Assembly: GCA_018673485.1 (NCBI GenBank)
Contig: JABHCP010000002.1
Coordinates: 67,502-123,733, forward strand
DNA: 56,232 bases
Reading direction: 5' to 3'
Source: Candidatus Uhrbacteria bacterium
GTDB taxonomy: Bacteria > Patescibacteriota > Patescibacteriia > UBA9934
Positions 46,995 through 56,232 of this stretch are shown piece after piece. A program made the position numbers and the translations under genes. The notes beneath the pieces are model-generated. The model was not told the DNA's origin and ran no database searches. It saw only the letters and a list, made by a program, of their open reading frames with translations. Numbering within the stretch: the stretch's first letter is position 1; each line of letters begins with the position of its first letter.

Positions 46995-49604
46995 ATGGAA
47001 AAAATGAAAATGACCGCATTACAACTGTGCCAATGGATTAAATCGCACAGATCAAGCATTGTATTTTTTGCTTTTATTTTTGTGGTGGCCATAACGCTGC
47101 CAAATGTTGCTTTTGCAGATTTTGATGAATTGTTAATTGGTGCTACGGGGAGTATAAACCAGATAATCCTGGCGTTATTGGCATATCTTCTGAGTTTAGT
47201 CTTGGCGGGAATCGGAAAGTTAATAGTGATGATTCTTGGAGCGCTAATAATCCCAATTCTGGGTTATAACAACTTTGGCAATAGCGCGATCGTTAATCTG
47301 GGTTGGCCATTGGTGCGCGATGTAGTAAACATGTTTGTCATTGTGGTCTTGCTTGTCATCGCGGTGCAGACAATTCTTGGTTATCAGAAGGCGCAATGGG
47401 AGGCACAGCTCCCACGATTTTTCATCGCTGTTGTACTTGTAAACTTTAGTCGTACAATTTGCTTGATAATGATTGATGTTTCGCAGGTTGTAATGTTTAC
47501 TTTCGTAAATGCTTTGCGAGATATTGCAGCTGGTAACTTCATGAATTTATTTCAACTGACTGATTTTACTGTAATTAATAGTGAAACCTTAACAGAGCTG
47601 GCAGGTATCGGGAATCTTGAGCTTGCTAAGATGTATGTAGAGCTTAGCCTGATTCTTTCCTTGCTGTTAGTTGTATTGGCCGTAATAGGTATTTTAGCAA
47701 TAGTATATTTGTATAGAATTATTGTTCTTTGGGTGCTGATAATTCTCTCTCCAATTGCATTTTTCTTGGGAGGAATTACTCAGCTTTTTGGTGAGGCGGG
47801 TGGTAGGTATAAAGAGTGGTGGAATATGTTTACAGCAGCACTTACTCTGGGACCTATGCTTACATTCTTTTTGTGGCTTGGTTTGGCGGCGGCGTCATCT
47901 GACCCAATTGCAGTTAGTGAGGGGATGAATTTTGCAGGTACGGAAGATATCCCAACGCTGTTTGCCGAGATCTTTATGTCAGAGAAGATAGTTAGCTTGG
48001 CCATTGGACTAATTTTAATAATGGTCGGATTTAAAGTTTCAAGCAAGGCCGCTCAGCAGCTTGGAAATGTTGCATCTAAGTTGATAACTGAAGATGCTGG
48101 TAAAAAGATGGTGAAAAATATGGTGAAGGCTCCAGCATCTCTAGCTTATCGTGGAGCTAAGTGGGCAGGAAAAGAAGGAGGGAAGCAACTCATGGGACGT
48201 ACAGATATTGGAAAACAACTCGGGGCTGGTTTAACAGATATGGGAAAAGAGATGGCTGCCAAGGGTGGATTTATAGGTGGTATTGCCGGGCGTGGTTTAA
48301 TCGGTGCTGGTGGTCAGGTTAGGCGAGGCGCTGAGGGACCAAATATTGAAGGACGTAAAAAAGCTCAAGAAAATATAGCTGGAATGGACATGGACGAGCG
48401 CATTGCACGTGCTGGTGCCATTGTTAATGCTGATGGTACTATGGGCGGCACACCACCTTCACTCTCGGGCCAAAGAGAACAAGAGGCCATTATGCTTAAT
48501 GCAGTAACAGATGGTGGATTTAGAAAGAAGCTCAAGAAAGACATGACAGAGGATCAATATAGTGAATTCATGAAGGCTTCAATGCAACATGTTGACAAGA
48601 ATAGCGATGAGCTGTTAACCGAAGATGCTGATAAGAAGAGCTTTAAAAAGACAAAGGCGGGAAATATGCGTGAATGGATTGATGGTAAGGCTGAAAGGGA
48701 AGGTGAAGATTTTGATGCACAGAAAGAAATTAACGATATTGTTTCAGACGAGGACTTTAAAGTGGGCCATCTTTCAGCTGATGACGTCGCAGATCCAGAG
48801 ATTAGAGCAGCGCTTGAAGCAAAGACTGTTCGTTCATGGACCGCGCCTGACGGTACTCAACATACTGAAAATATGATGCAACAACTTCAGTCTGGTAGGG
48901 GTGTTAAAGAAGATGTGAAACAAGCGGCGCTCACTGGCTTTACCGGTGAAGTTGATCTAGCTGAAGCATCTGCTGACCAAATTGCAGAAGCAGTGCGATC
49001 CGGAATTATGGATATTGGAGGTATTACAGCAGATAGTGTTGCAGATCCAGTACGTGCTCAAGAGATAGCTGTTGGTTTGGCTCGTGGGGGTGTGAATTTA
49101 GCCAATATTGAAGATGATGCAGTTCGAGCAAGCCTTGGAGCTGCTCTTCAGGGCGAAGCAGAGCGTGATGATATTAGTAATCAAGACAGGGCTAGAATTA
49201 ATCAAGCAAGAGTACAGGCTGGCGTTGATGTAAACCAAGTATTTAATATTCAAAATAATGCCGATGTAGAGGGCCAAATGGCAGGAGATATCACAAGGGC
49301 ATTGTCCGATGACCCAACAATTATTCAGAATTTTGACGCACAGCTTGTAGAGGCAGAGAATAGTGGCGCAACAGATGTGACGCGTGCAATAACTGAGGCT
49401 ATGAGCAATGTTGACTTCAAGGGCATGGCAACGCAATTCAATCAGGCGCAAAGTCAGGCTGAACGCGATCAAATAAGCGCAATGCTGGATCGACATGAGA
49501 CGGCTTTGAGAGCTGAGGCAGGCAGAGACGATAATGATGCAGGTCGTGACAGAGAACTACTAAGACACCAGCGGCAAATTAACCTTGCGCGCAGAGATAT
49601 GTAA
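46995..49604 (+). CDS. VirB6/TrbL-like polytopic membrane protein with long cytoplasmic tail
   Basis: GWPLVRDVVNMF, FFIAVVLVNFSRTI, YRIIVLWVLIILSPIAF, EWWNMF. TGCTATAAT at 46977-46985 places the start at 46995 rather than 46941. Confidence 0.75.
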   Translation: MEKMKMTALQLCQWIKSHRSSIVFFAFIFVVAITLPNVAFADFDELLIGATGSINQIILALLAYLLSLVLAGIGKLIVMILGALIIPILGYNNFGNSAIVNLGWPLVRDVVNMFVIVVLLVIAVQTILGYQKAQWEAQLPRFFIAVVLVNFSRTICLIMIDVSQVVMFTFVNALRDIAAGNFMNLFQLTDFTVINSETLTELAGIGNLELAKMYVELSLILSLLLVVLAVIGILAIVYLYRIIVLWVLIILSPIAFFLGGITQLFGEAGGRYKEWWNMFTAALTLGPMLTFFLWLGLAAASSDPIAVSEGMNFAGTEDIPTLFAEIFMSEKIVSLAIGLILIMVGFKVSSKAAQQLGNVASKLITEDAGKKMVKNMVKAPASLAYRGAKWAGKEGGKQLMGRTDIGKQLGAGLTDMGKEMAAKGGFIGGIAGRGLIGAGGQVRRGAEGPNIEGRKKAQENIAGMDMDERIARAGAIVNADGTMGGTPPSLSGQREQEAIMLNAVTDGGFRKKLKKDMTEDQYSEFMKASMQHVDKNSDELLTEDADKKSFKKTKAGNMREWIDGKAEREGEDFDAQKEINDIVSDEDFKVGHLSADDVADPEIRAALEAKTVRSWTAPDGTQHTENMMQQLQSGRGVKEDVKQAALTGFTGEVDLAEASADQIAEAVRSGIMDIGGITADSVADPVRAQEIAVGLARGGVNLANIEDDAVRASLGAALQGEAERDDISNQDRARINQARVQAGVDVNQVFNIQNNADVEGQMAGDITRALSDDPTIIQNFDAQLVEAENSGATDVTRAITEAMSNVDFKGMATQFNQAQSQAERDQISAMLDRHETALRAEAGRDDNDAGRDRELLRHQRQINLARRDM

Positions 49605-49610
49605 TAACAC

Positions 49611-51407
49611 ATGAAAGACGGAGGATTTAGACAACTTCCTAGAGTTCGCGATTACCTTCTAGACGTCACGGTCTATGATCAGTTAGAAGAAGTCGCAACT
49701 AAGCACGAACTTCCGCAAGAGCGTTTGGAAGAGTTGTTGGATTTAACAGATGCCGTAATCAGTGGCCAGCTTAAGGTTGAACAAGTTCCTGAATTTATTG
49801 AAAAAGCTTTTGGGGTGGATGAGCAGAGGGCAAAGGCGATTGCGGCTGATGTTGTTGGGTATCGGTTGTTGCCTCTTACTGCGTTTATCGAAGGTGTGGA
49901 GGATTCGATTAAAGCTTGGGGAGGGGATGTGGCTAGTTATCCGGAGTTTAGAATTGAAAAGCCGGGGCTTGATGATGAGCTTTTGGAATATGCCCGCAAG
50001 ATTGGTTTGGAGCTTCCAGAGAATTTAATGAAGCGATTTATTTATCTTTCTAAAGGGTACATTGAAAAAGAACGAGATCGCGAGGCGACGTCAACTTTAT
50101 TGAAACGCCCAATGAATATCGGTGGATTGGATTTGAAAGAAGAACAGATTGAAAGTTTGTTAACGAAGTTGGATGAGAGTTTTGGGGAGAAAGGAGAGGA
50201 AAAGGTGACGGTAGCGAATAATAGTATTCCAGAAGCCGTCATCCCGAGCGAAGTCGAGGGATCTCAAGGGGTTGATGAAGATGTTGTGGTCGAGGTTCCG
50301 GTTGTGAAGGTCGAAGATAAAACACCAGAAGAAAAGCCAAGATTAGATTCAAAGCCCGATAAGGCAACGCGGACGCGGGAGATGTTACCGATGAAGGCTG
50401 TGCCGCATGCGTTAACTACAGATGTGCCAGTTATTTCTGGGCATTTATTTGCCCACGAGGAGGCAGAGGTGAAGGGTCATGCTGAGCGTTTGAAAAAGCA
50501 GGGCGTGGAAGGTGGTGGTGAATTTACTAAAAACCTAGGCGGTATAGTTGAGCAGACTGCGCAGAAGGTTGCACCTATTTTTAAAGAAGCTAAGCAGTCG
50601 CAAAAGTCAGCCACGGCCATTGCAGAGGCATTTGTCCGTGGAAGACTTGGTGAGCAAAGGGCTGACGCTTTGTTGCAGGACAAATATGCGATGAGCGCGG
50701 AGCAATCACATGCGGCGATCAAGATCCTTAAAGATGGTTATGCTCAGGCTCACAAGACACCACCGGTTAAACCAAAAAAAGTGAAAGTAAGCACTGCAAT
50801 TAAGGAAAGCACGGTCTTGGATGAGCGTCATGCGGCTTTAACATCATCAGTTCCAAAAGAATCAATCAAGCCTGTTATGCCAAGCTCTAGAATTAGTGCA
50901 GCGCGATCGAAGCAGGAGGAGCTGGAGGTACAAAGTAAAAAGATCGATCAAGATAAGGTGAAACAGGCACAGGTTAAAGCTCGTCCAGAAAAAGCAAAGA
51001 TACGCTTAAGTAAGGAGAGCGTTCCGCCAAAGCGACAAGTTGAGGCAACGAGAAAGATGGCTGACGTGAAGAAGGTGTCAAAGTTGATTGGTCCAGTTGA
51101 GGAGCTTGGAACAATGGGCATCATCGAGTTTAGAAGGCTCTCTTCTGACCCTAATGAAGCGATTATTAAGGTTCTAAACACACTTGATTTGCTTGAGGAG
51201 ACTGATTATGAGGATAGGATTAAGGGTATTGTTGCTTGGCGAAAGAGTCCGGTAAATAAGCTGTATGTATCATTGGTCCAAGATGCGCTTACAAACGCAA
51301 TGACAGTGGCAGATGCGGCGGCCAAGAAGCGTAACGCGGGTGATGAAAGTTTGAGTGCCGCTGAAATTGATGCCATTGTTGGATTGAACAGAAAATTAAG
51401 TTTTTAA
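49611..51407 (+). CDS. Hypothetical protein in the T4SS-like cluster; contains an in-frame repeat-derived segment
   Basis: 598-aa ORF. VIPSEVEGS at 50238-50264 is a family B repeat arm. Confidence 0.85.
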   Translation: MKDGGFRQLPRVRDYLLDVTVYDQLEEVATKHELPQERLEELLDLTDAVISGQLKVEQVPEFIEKAFGVDEQRAKAIAADVVGYRLLPLTAFIEGVEDSIKAWGGDVASYPEFRIEKPGLDDELLEYARKIGLELPENLMKRFIYLSKGYIEKERDREATSTLLKRPMNIGGLDLKEEQIESLLTKLDESFGEKGEEKVTVANNSIPEAVIPSEVEGSQGVDEDVVVEVPVVKVEDKTPEEKPRLDSKPDKATRTREMLPMKAVPHALTTDVPVISGHLFAHEEAEVKGHAERLKKQGVEGGGEFTKNLGGIVEQTAQKVAPIFKEAKQSQKSATAIAEAFVRGRLGEQRADALLQDKYAMSAEQSHAAIKILKDGYAQAHKTPPVKPKKVKVSTAIKESTVLDERHAALTSSVPKESIKPVMPSSRISAARSKQEELEVQSKKIDQDKVKQAQVKARPEKAKIRLSKESVPPKRQVEATRKMADVKKVSKLIGPVEELGTMGIIEFRRLSSDPNEAIIKVLNTLDLLEETDYEDRIKGIVAWRKSPVNKLYVSLVQDALTNAMTVADAAAKKRNAGDESLSAAEIDAIVGLNRKLSF

Positions 51408-51472
51408 TGTTATAATTAAAGTAGATATTCTAAAGAAGGCCCCTCCTTACGTTAGGATAAGGAATGAACATT

Positions 51473-51910
51473 ATGCCAGAGCAGTTCGTGGTTCCACAAT
51501 TTCTTGATGTCGAAACTAAAATAATCGGACCAGTTACTCTGCGACAGTTTTTAATTATGCTAGCGACTGTTTTAGCAGACTTCCTTGTTTATAGAATATT
51601 TTTAAATATCATTGCAGTTATCGGTGTTGGAATTCCAATTTTGGCAATTGGTGTCATTTTTGCCTTTGCAAAAGTTAATGGCCGACCTTTCCATTTTGTA
51701 GTTTTAAGTATGATTCAAACCCTACGTCGGCCTATGGTGCGGGTTTGGGATAAGGCATTGACTGACGCTCAAGTCAGAGAAGGGTTCAAGAAAGAAGAGA
51801 AAAAGGTTGAATTGCCAGTTGCTAGAAAGAAGAGACCAGGGAAGTCTCGTTTATCCGAACTTGCTTTAGTAGTTAACACTGGAGGAGTATACAACCCAGA
51901 AAAAGAATAA
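51473..51910 (+). CDS. PrgI family (VirB3-like) membrane protein
   Basis: QFVVPQFLDVETKIIGPVTLRQF, two TM segments, KVNGRPF. Start could also be 51464. Confidence 0.85.
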   Translation: MPEQFVVPQFLDVETKIIGPVTLRQFLIMLATVLADFLVYRIFLNIIAVIGVGIPILAIGVIFAFAKVNGRPFHFVVLSMIQTLRRPMVRVWDKALTDAQVREGFKKEEKKVELPVARKKRPGKSRLSELALVVNTGGVYNPEKE

Positions 51911-51913
51911 TGT

Positions 51914-52621
51914 ATGGTACAAAGAAATGAAGAAATGCAGTCCAAAAAGCTTGCCAAGGCAAAGCCAGGACCTCCAACTCAGAGATTTTTAGACATTGCC
52001 GAGATTCGCGAGAATGCGGTTGTGCTCAAAGATGGAACTTTGCGTGGGGTTTTTATGGTGTCGAGCATCAACTTTGCTCTAAAATCACAGGATGAACAGC
52101 AGGCCACAGTACAGTCCTACATGCAGTTTTTAAACGGACTTGAGCATTCAATTCAGGTCGTTATTCAGTCCAGAAAGATGAACATTGATGCTTACATGGA
52201 GGCGCTAAAGGAGCAGGAACGTACTATTAGCAATGATCTTCTACGAACACAGATTGTTGATTACCGAGCTTTTGTGAATGAATTGGTTGAGTTGGGCGAG
52301 ATCATGCAGAAGAAGTTTTATATAGTAGTTCCTTATGATCCAGCGTCAGACAAGCAGAAGGGGTTTATGACTAAGGTATCTGCTGCGATTATGCCAGCGT
52401 CGCTCGTGAAGCTTAACGAGAAAAAGTTCAAGGAACGCCATAGTGCACTTTTGCAACGCATGAATATTATTCAAAATGGTTTGGTTGGAATGGGGTTGCA
52501 AAGCGTGATGTTGGACACCCAAGGTTTAATTGAGCTTTATTACACAGTTTATAATCCAGACGTTTTTGATACGCAAGAGTTAGCAAGTTTGAGCGATATA
52601 AGAGTAGAACAAGGATTTTAA
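51914..52621 (+). CDS. TraC/VirB4 N-terminal-like accessory protein
   Basis: IAEIRENAVVLKDG.LR.V..VSSINFALKS.DEQ ... KKFYIVVP, LDTQGLIELYY. Lies between prgI and virB4. Confidence 0.7.
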   Translation: MVQRNEEMQSKKLAKAKPGPPTQRFLDIAEIRENAVVLKDGTLRGVFMVSSINFALKSQDEQQATVQSYMQFLNGLEHSIQVVIQSRKMNIDAYMEALKEQERTISNDLLRTQIVDYRAFVNELVELGEIMQKKFYIVVPYDPASDKQKGFMTKVSAAIMPASLVKLNEKKFKERHSALLQRMNIIQNGLVGMGLQSVMLDTQGLIELYYTVYNPDVFDTQELASLSDIRVEQGF

Positions 52622-52631
52622 TTTCCAACCT

Positions 52632-54569
52632 ATGTCAATTGATATAAAAGATTTAAAAAACGAGCAACCAAGCGTGGATGCGCAGGAGAAGAAGCAACTT
52701 ACTCCAGAGCAGGAAAAAGCTTTGCAGGAGAAAAAGACGCTTGAGGAAGAGTACGTGTATAGGCGGGGAACTGTCACTGTTCGTGATTTGATTGCGCCTG
52801 CATCTTTTCAAGTAAATCCAGACTTTTTGAAGATTGGAGATACTTTTGTTAGAACACTTTTCATTGTGACATACCCAAGGTATGTCACCATAGGTTGGGG
52901 TGCTCCAGTCATTAATTATAGTGGAACATTGGACATTGGAATGTTCTTTTATCCAATTCCGGCTGAATTAATCCTCAAGCAGTTACGTGACAAGACTGGA
53001 GTTTTAGAGTCACAAATTATTTCTGATAACGAAAAAGGTGCACCTCGTGATCCGATTCGCGAGACTGCTTTACGTGATGTTGAGCAGTTGCGTGACGATC
53101 TAACACAGGGTATTGAGCATTTTTTCCAATTTGCTTTTTATGTAACGATTTATGCTAAGGATAAGGAGGAGCTAGATAAACGCAGTGGTCAGATTGAATC
53201 AATCTTTGGTTCAAAGCTAATTTACACAAAACGAGGATTTTACCAAGCTGAGCAAGGATTTAACTCAACGATGCCGCTTGGAAATGATGAGCTCATGATT
53301 ACGTTTAACATGAGTACGTCGCCGATCGCTTCATCTTTCCCATTTATATCATCGGACCTCACTAGTGATAGGGGGATCTTGTATGGAATTAATAGACATA
53401 ATAACTCATTGATTTTGTTTGATAGATATTCATTACAAAATGCTAATGCGGTTGTGTTTGCAACATCCGGTGCAGGAAAAAGTTATGCAGTAAAGTTGGA
53501 GATCTTGCGGTCGATGATGATGGGAACGGATGTCATAGTTATTGACCCAGAGATGGAGTATAAGACACTCTCTGATTCTGTGGGCGGAACATATGTAAAT
53601 GTATCGCTTGCCTCGGAAAGTAAGATTAATCCGTTTGATCTTCCACGCGCTGTTGGTGAGGGGACTTCAGTTGAAGATATTTTACGAAGTGCCGTTATTA
53701 CAATTAAGGGCTTGTTGCGCATTATGATCGGGCAACCACTTGGTGCCTCAACAAAGGTTGGTTTCACGCCAGCTGAGGATTCAATGCTTGATCGTGCGAT
53801 CATCGAGGCTTACGCGAAGAAAGACATAACCCCAGATTTAACAAATCTTGAAGGTGTGGAGTACCCGGTTTTGCAAGATTTGCAGGAAATTTTGGAAGGA
53901 ATGGAAGGTGGTACGGATCTTGTTGATCGGCTTAGAAAGTATACAGAAGGAACATTCTCTGGGCTTTTAAATTCACCTACAACAGTAGAGATGGAGAACC
54001 AGTTAGTGACTTTCTCTGTTCGTGATTTGGAGGATGAGCTTAGGCCAATGGCGATTTACACAATTATTAACTACATTTGGAATGTTGTTCGTTCAGAGCG
54101 TAAGAAGCGTCTGCTAACGATTGATGAGGCGTGGTGGTTAATGATGCATGAGGATTCAGCGAAGTTTATTTTTGCTCTTGTAAAGCGTGCTCGTAAGTAC
54201 TTCCTGGGAGTGACGACCATCACTCAGGACGTGAATGATTTTTTGCGCAATCCATACGGACAGGCAATTGTTACAAACTCATCATTGCAGCTTTTATTAA
54301 AACAATCACCGGCAGGAATCGATTTGGTTGCAAAGACATTCAACCTAACGCAAAGTGAGAAGTATTTGTTGCTCGAGGCAGCAATTGGTGAGGGTATTTT
54401 CTTTGCTGGCGCCAAGCACGCAGCGGTTAAAATAGTCGCTTCATACAATGAGGATCAACTTATAACAACGAACCCCGAGCAATTGCTTGAAATCGAGCGA
54501 GCTCGCAAGGAATTTGAAGAGTCATTTTCCTCTACTCAAAAAGCACCATCTAAACCTAAGGCCGAATAA
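52632..54569 (+). CDS. VirB4-like conjugation/secretion ATPase
   Basis: Walker A ATSGAGKS, VIDPEMEY, INPFD, Walker B LTIDEAW, RARKY..G..TITQDV, GEGIF. Confidence 0.92.
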   Translation: MSIDIKDLKNEQPSVDAQEKKQLTPEQEKALQEKKTLEEEYVYRRGTVTVRDLIAPASFQVNPDFLKIGDTFVRTLFIVTYPRYVTIGWGAPVINYSGTLDIGMFFYPIPAELILKQLRDKTGVLESQIISDNEKGAPRDPIRETALRDVEQLRDDLTQGIEHFFQFAFYVTIYAKDKEELDKRSGQIESIFGSKLIYTKRGFYQAEQGFNSTMPLGNDELMITFNMSTSPIASSFPFISSDLTSDRGILYGINRHNNSLILFDRYSLQNANAVVFATSGAGKSYAVKLEILRSMMMGTDVIVIDPEMEYKTLSDSVGGTYVNVSLASESKINPFDLPRAVGEGTSVEDILRSAVITIKGLLRIMIGQPLGASTKVGFTPAEDSMLDRAIIEAYAKKDITPDLTNLEGVEYPVLQDLQEILEGMEGGTDLVDRLRKYTEGTFSGLLNSPTTVEMENQLVTFSVRDLEDELRPMAIYTIINYIWNVVRSERKKRLLTIDEAWWLMMHEDSAKFIFALVKRARKYFLGVTTITQDVNDFLRNPYGQAIVTNSSLQLLLKQSPAGIDLVAKTFNLTQSEKYLLLEAAIGEGIFFAGAKHAAVKIVASYNEDQLITTNPEQLLEIERARKEFEESFSSTQKAPSKPKAE

Positions 54570-54571
54570 TT

Positions 54572-55117
54572 ATGGAGAAAAAGCAAAAATTTGAGATCTT
54601 ATTAGCCATCTTGTTAATAGTTTTATTGGTTGGTTTGGTTTGGTGGCTCGTGGGTTCAAAAGATGATCAGGTTGATCCAACGGTTGACGAAGATAGTCAA
54701 GTCCAAGATGTTTTGCCCGGGCAAGAGCCGTTGGACTTAACTGGTTACGAAGAGGACGCTTCGACGATTGCGCGAGTTTTTGTTGAGAGATTCGGAAGTT
54801 TTTCCAATCATAGTGATTATGAGAATGTCAGTTCTGTGATGGACATTGCAACGAGTTCTTTGCAGGACAGGCTCGGATTGTTGGTTGATGGTGCGTCGGC
54901 TGATGACGGGGCGGTGTACTACGGGGTGTCAACTTATGTGATTTCAATTGATCAAGTTGAGGTGACTGATGTCAGGGAGGTGTTAGAAGTTATGACTCAG
55001 CGCGAAGAGTCGATAGACAGCCCGTCTAACGCAACTGTGAAATATCAAACAATGGCACTTACACTTGTTAAACTAGGTGATGAGTGGTTCGTTGATGACT
55101 TTGAGTGGCTCGACTAG
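54572..55117 (+). CDS. Membrane-anchored hypothetical protein (possibly VirB8/TcpC-like NTF2 fold)
   Basis: N-terminal TM, ARVFVERFGSFSN, C-terminal LVKLGDEWFVD. Confidence 0.7.
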   Translation: MEKKQKFEILLAILLIVLLVGLVWWLVGSKDDQVDPTVDEDSQVQDVLPGQEPLDLTGYEEDASTIARVFVERFGSFSNHSDYENVSSVMDIATSSLQDRLGLLVDGASADDGAVYYGVSTYVISIDQVEVTDVREVLEVMTQREESIDSPSNATVKYQTMALTLVKLGDEWFVDDFEWLD

Positions 55118-55121
55118 GTTC

Positions 55122-55255
55122 GTCATCCGAAACGGAGTGAGGGATCTACTCCAGAAGATTTCTCTCGTTGATCGAAATGGGAAATTAATTTCCATCTCGA
55201 CGCATCGGAGAGATCTTCTTGATTGAGTAGATTCTTCGCAGAGCCTCAGAATGAC
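55122..55255. repeat. Composite palindromic repeat (inverted copy of 1090-1223)
   Basis: Its reverse complement reads gtcattctgag..gaagaatctact..agatctctccgatgcgtcgagatggaa..aatttcccatttcga, matching 1090-1223. Confidence 0.88.
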
Positions 55256-55267
55256 AGTTGTTTATTC

Positions 55268-55325
55268 GTCATCCTGAGGTGCTCGAAGGATCCACTAGCG
55301 TAGACTCCGAAGGTTTTAGAATGAC
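55268..55325. repeat. Short family B palindromic repeat
   Basis: gtcatcctgagg..cgaaggatcc...agaatgac. Confidence 0.7.
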
Positions 55326-55330
55326 ATGAT

Positions 55331-56002
55331 ATGAGATTGGTTAAAAGGATTTTACAAACAATCAAAGACGCGGTTTTCCCGCGTTTTTGTATTCAATGTA
55401 ATAAAGAAGGTTCGCTGCTGTGCGATGAGTGTTTTGTATTTTGGCAGTCTGGAAAGCTTCAGATTGTTGATGATGATCGACATCTGTATTCTTGGCAATA
55501 CGCTGACTCAATTGCACGCGAGTTAATATGTTCGTGGAAGTATCATTATGATCAGAGCGCGTGGAAAATTATGCAAGCAAAGCTGCAACCGTCGCTGAGC
55601 GCTTTGCAGCATTTTGTGCACATTCATTCCATCGAGGCGATTGTGCCAGTGCCTTTACACTCAATACGAATGTGCGAGAGGGGATTTGATCAAGCCGTAA
55701 TGATTGCAGAGTTTCTGGGGCGTGAGCTTGATCTGCCAGTTGCTAACCTCATCAAACGAAATCGCTCAACCGGTCATCAAACCGAGCGCGAAACCCAAGA
55801 CCGAATCGAATCCATGAAGAAGAGCCCATTTACTTTCATCTCTCCCCCTTCCCAAGGGGGAGCTGGAGGGGGTTGCCCGCTGACCTCAATCCTCCTCATC
55901 GATGATGTCTGGACCACTGGTGCCACAATTAATGCCGCAGCTGATACGATTAATGAGTTAGGAACGAATCTAGTTTGGAAATATACTTTAGCAAAAGGGT
56001 AG
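55331..56002 (+). CDS. comF: ComF family phosphoribosyltransferase-like competence protein; contains an in-frame family C repeat
   Basis: Zn finger CxxC..CxxC, VPVPLH, RGFDQA, LLIDDVWTTGAT. SPPSQGGAGGGC is inserted before the PRPP motif. Confidence 0.9.
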   Translation: MRLVKRILQTIKDAVFPRFCIQCNKEGSLLCDECFVFWQSGKLQIVDDDRHLYSWQYADSIARELICSWKYHYDQSAWKIMQAKLQPSLSALQHFVHIHSIEAIVPVPLHSIRMCERGFDQAVMIAEFLGRELDLPVANLIKRNRSTGHQTERETQDRIESMKKSPFTFISPPSQGGAGGGCPLTSILLIDDVWTTGATINAAADTINELGTNLVWKYTLAKG

Positions 56003-56204
56003 ATGAAAAACCCACAGCAGAACTGTGAGTTTGTCATGGTGGAGAGAGAATCTCACACCACCCCTATGGCGTTCGTCATTCTTTCTCACTGTCACCCCCG
56101 GCAATGTAAGGAGTAGTACCTACCTCTTACTATCCCCTTGTTCGAATCCCTCCATTCATTCCAACAACGAAAAAACCTCTGGACAACATCCAGAGATTTT
56201 TTCA

Positions 56205-56232
56205 TGGCGGAGAGAGAGGGATTCGAACCCTC
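56205..56232 (-). tRNA. 3' end of a tRNA, probably tRNA-Ser (truncated by the window edge)
   Basis: GAGGGTTCGAATCCCTCTCTCTCCGCCA gives a T-arm, acceptor stem and CCA. The implied GGAGAG 5' start is typical of tRNA-Ser, but the anticodon is outside the window. Confidence 0.8.

Noticed and set aside
35108-46995. Prophage or integrase-driven genomic island
   Set aside because: No integrase, phage structural genes, DNA polymerase or flanking direct repeats were seen. Only a Y1 transposase is present.
46995-55117. The T4SS-like cluster as the novel system or as an ICE
   Set aside because: Similar clusters are already known as common in Patescibacteria, and there is no relaxase or att site in view.

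Overview
This is a 56 kb bacterial window, genetic code 11, that most likely comes from a Patescibacteria (CPR, Parcubacteria/ABY1-like) genome. That assignment is an inference from the gene content, the PrgI/VirB4/VirB6-like cluster, a 3015-aa Cys-rich protein and the lack of Shine-Dalgarno (SD) sites on core genes. The backbone is almost all on the + strand: tyrS, argS, nusA, yidC, groES/EL, prfB, sua5/tsaC, rsmA, a T4SS-like cluster, comF, two complete tRNAs (Val-TAC, Leu-GAG) and the 3' end of a probable tRNA-Ser. Solitary minus-strand ORFans with their own promoters and strong SD sites are interspersed. Three families of palindromic repeats fill the intergenic spaces, and two of them also occur in frame inside protein genes. 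The standout is an accessory block at about 36.4-43.3 kb made almost entirely of nucleotide-handling enzymes: three divergent Ham1/ITPase proteins, two related non-canonical QueC-like PP-loop enzymes, a thymidylate-synthase-fold protein, an NMP kinase, an NDP kinase, a small helical protein and a CYTH-like protein. It is followed by an M23 lipoprotein and an IR-flanked Y1 (RAYT-like) transposase. I cannot match this combination to a named pathway, so it is the candidate undescribed system (modified-nucleotide synthesis, salvage/sanitising, or nucleotide-based defence). All assignments come from motif reading by eye; no searches were run. GC values are hand counts of single 60-nt lines.
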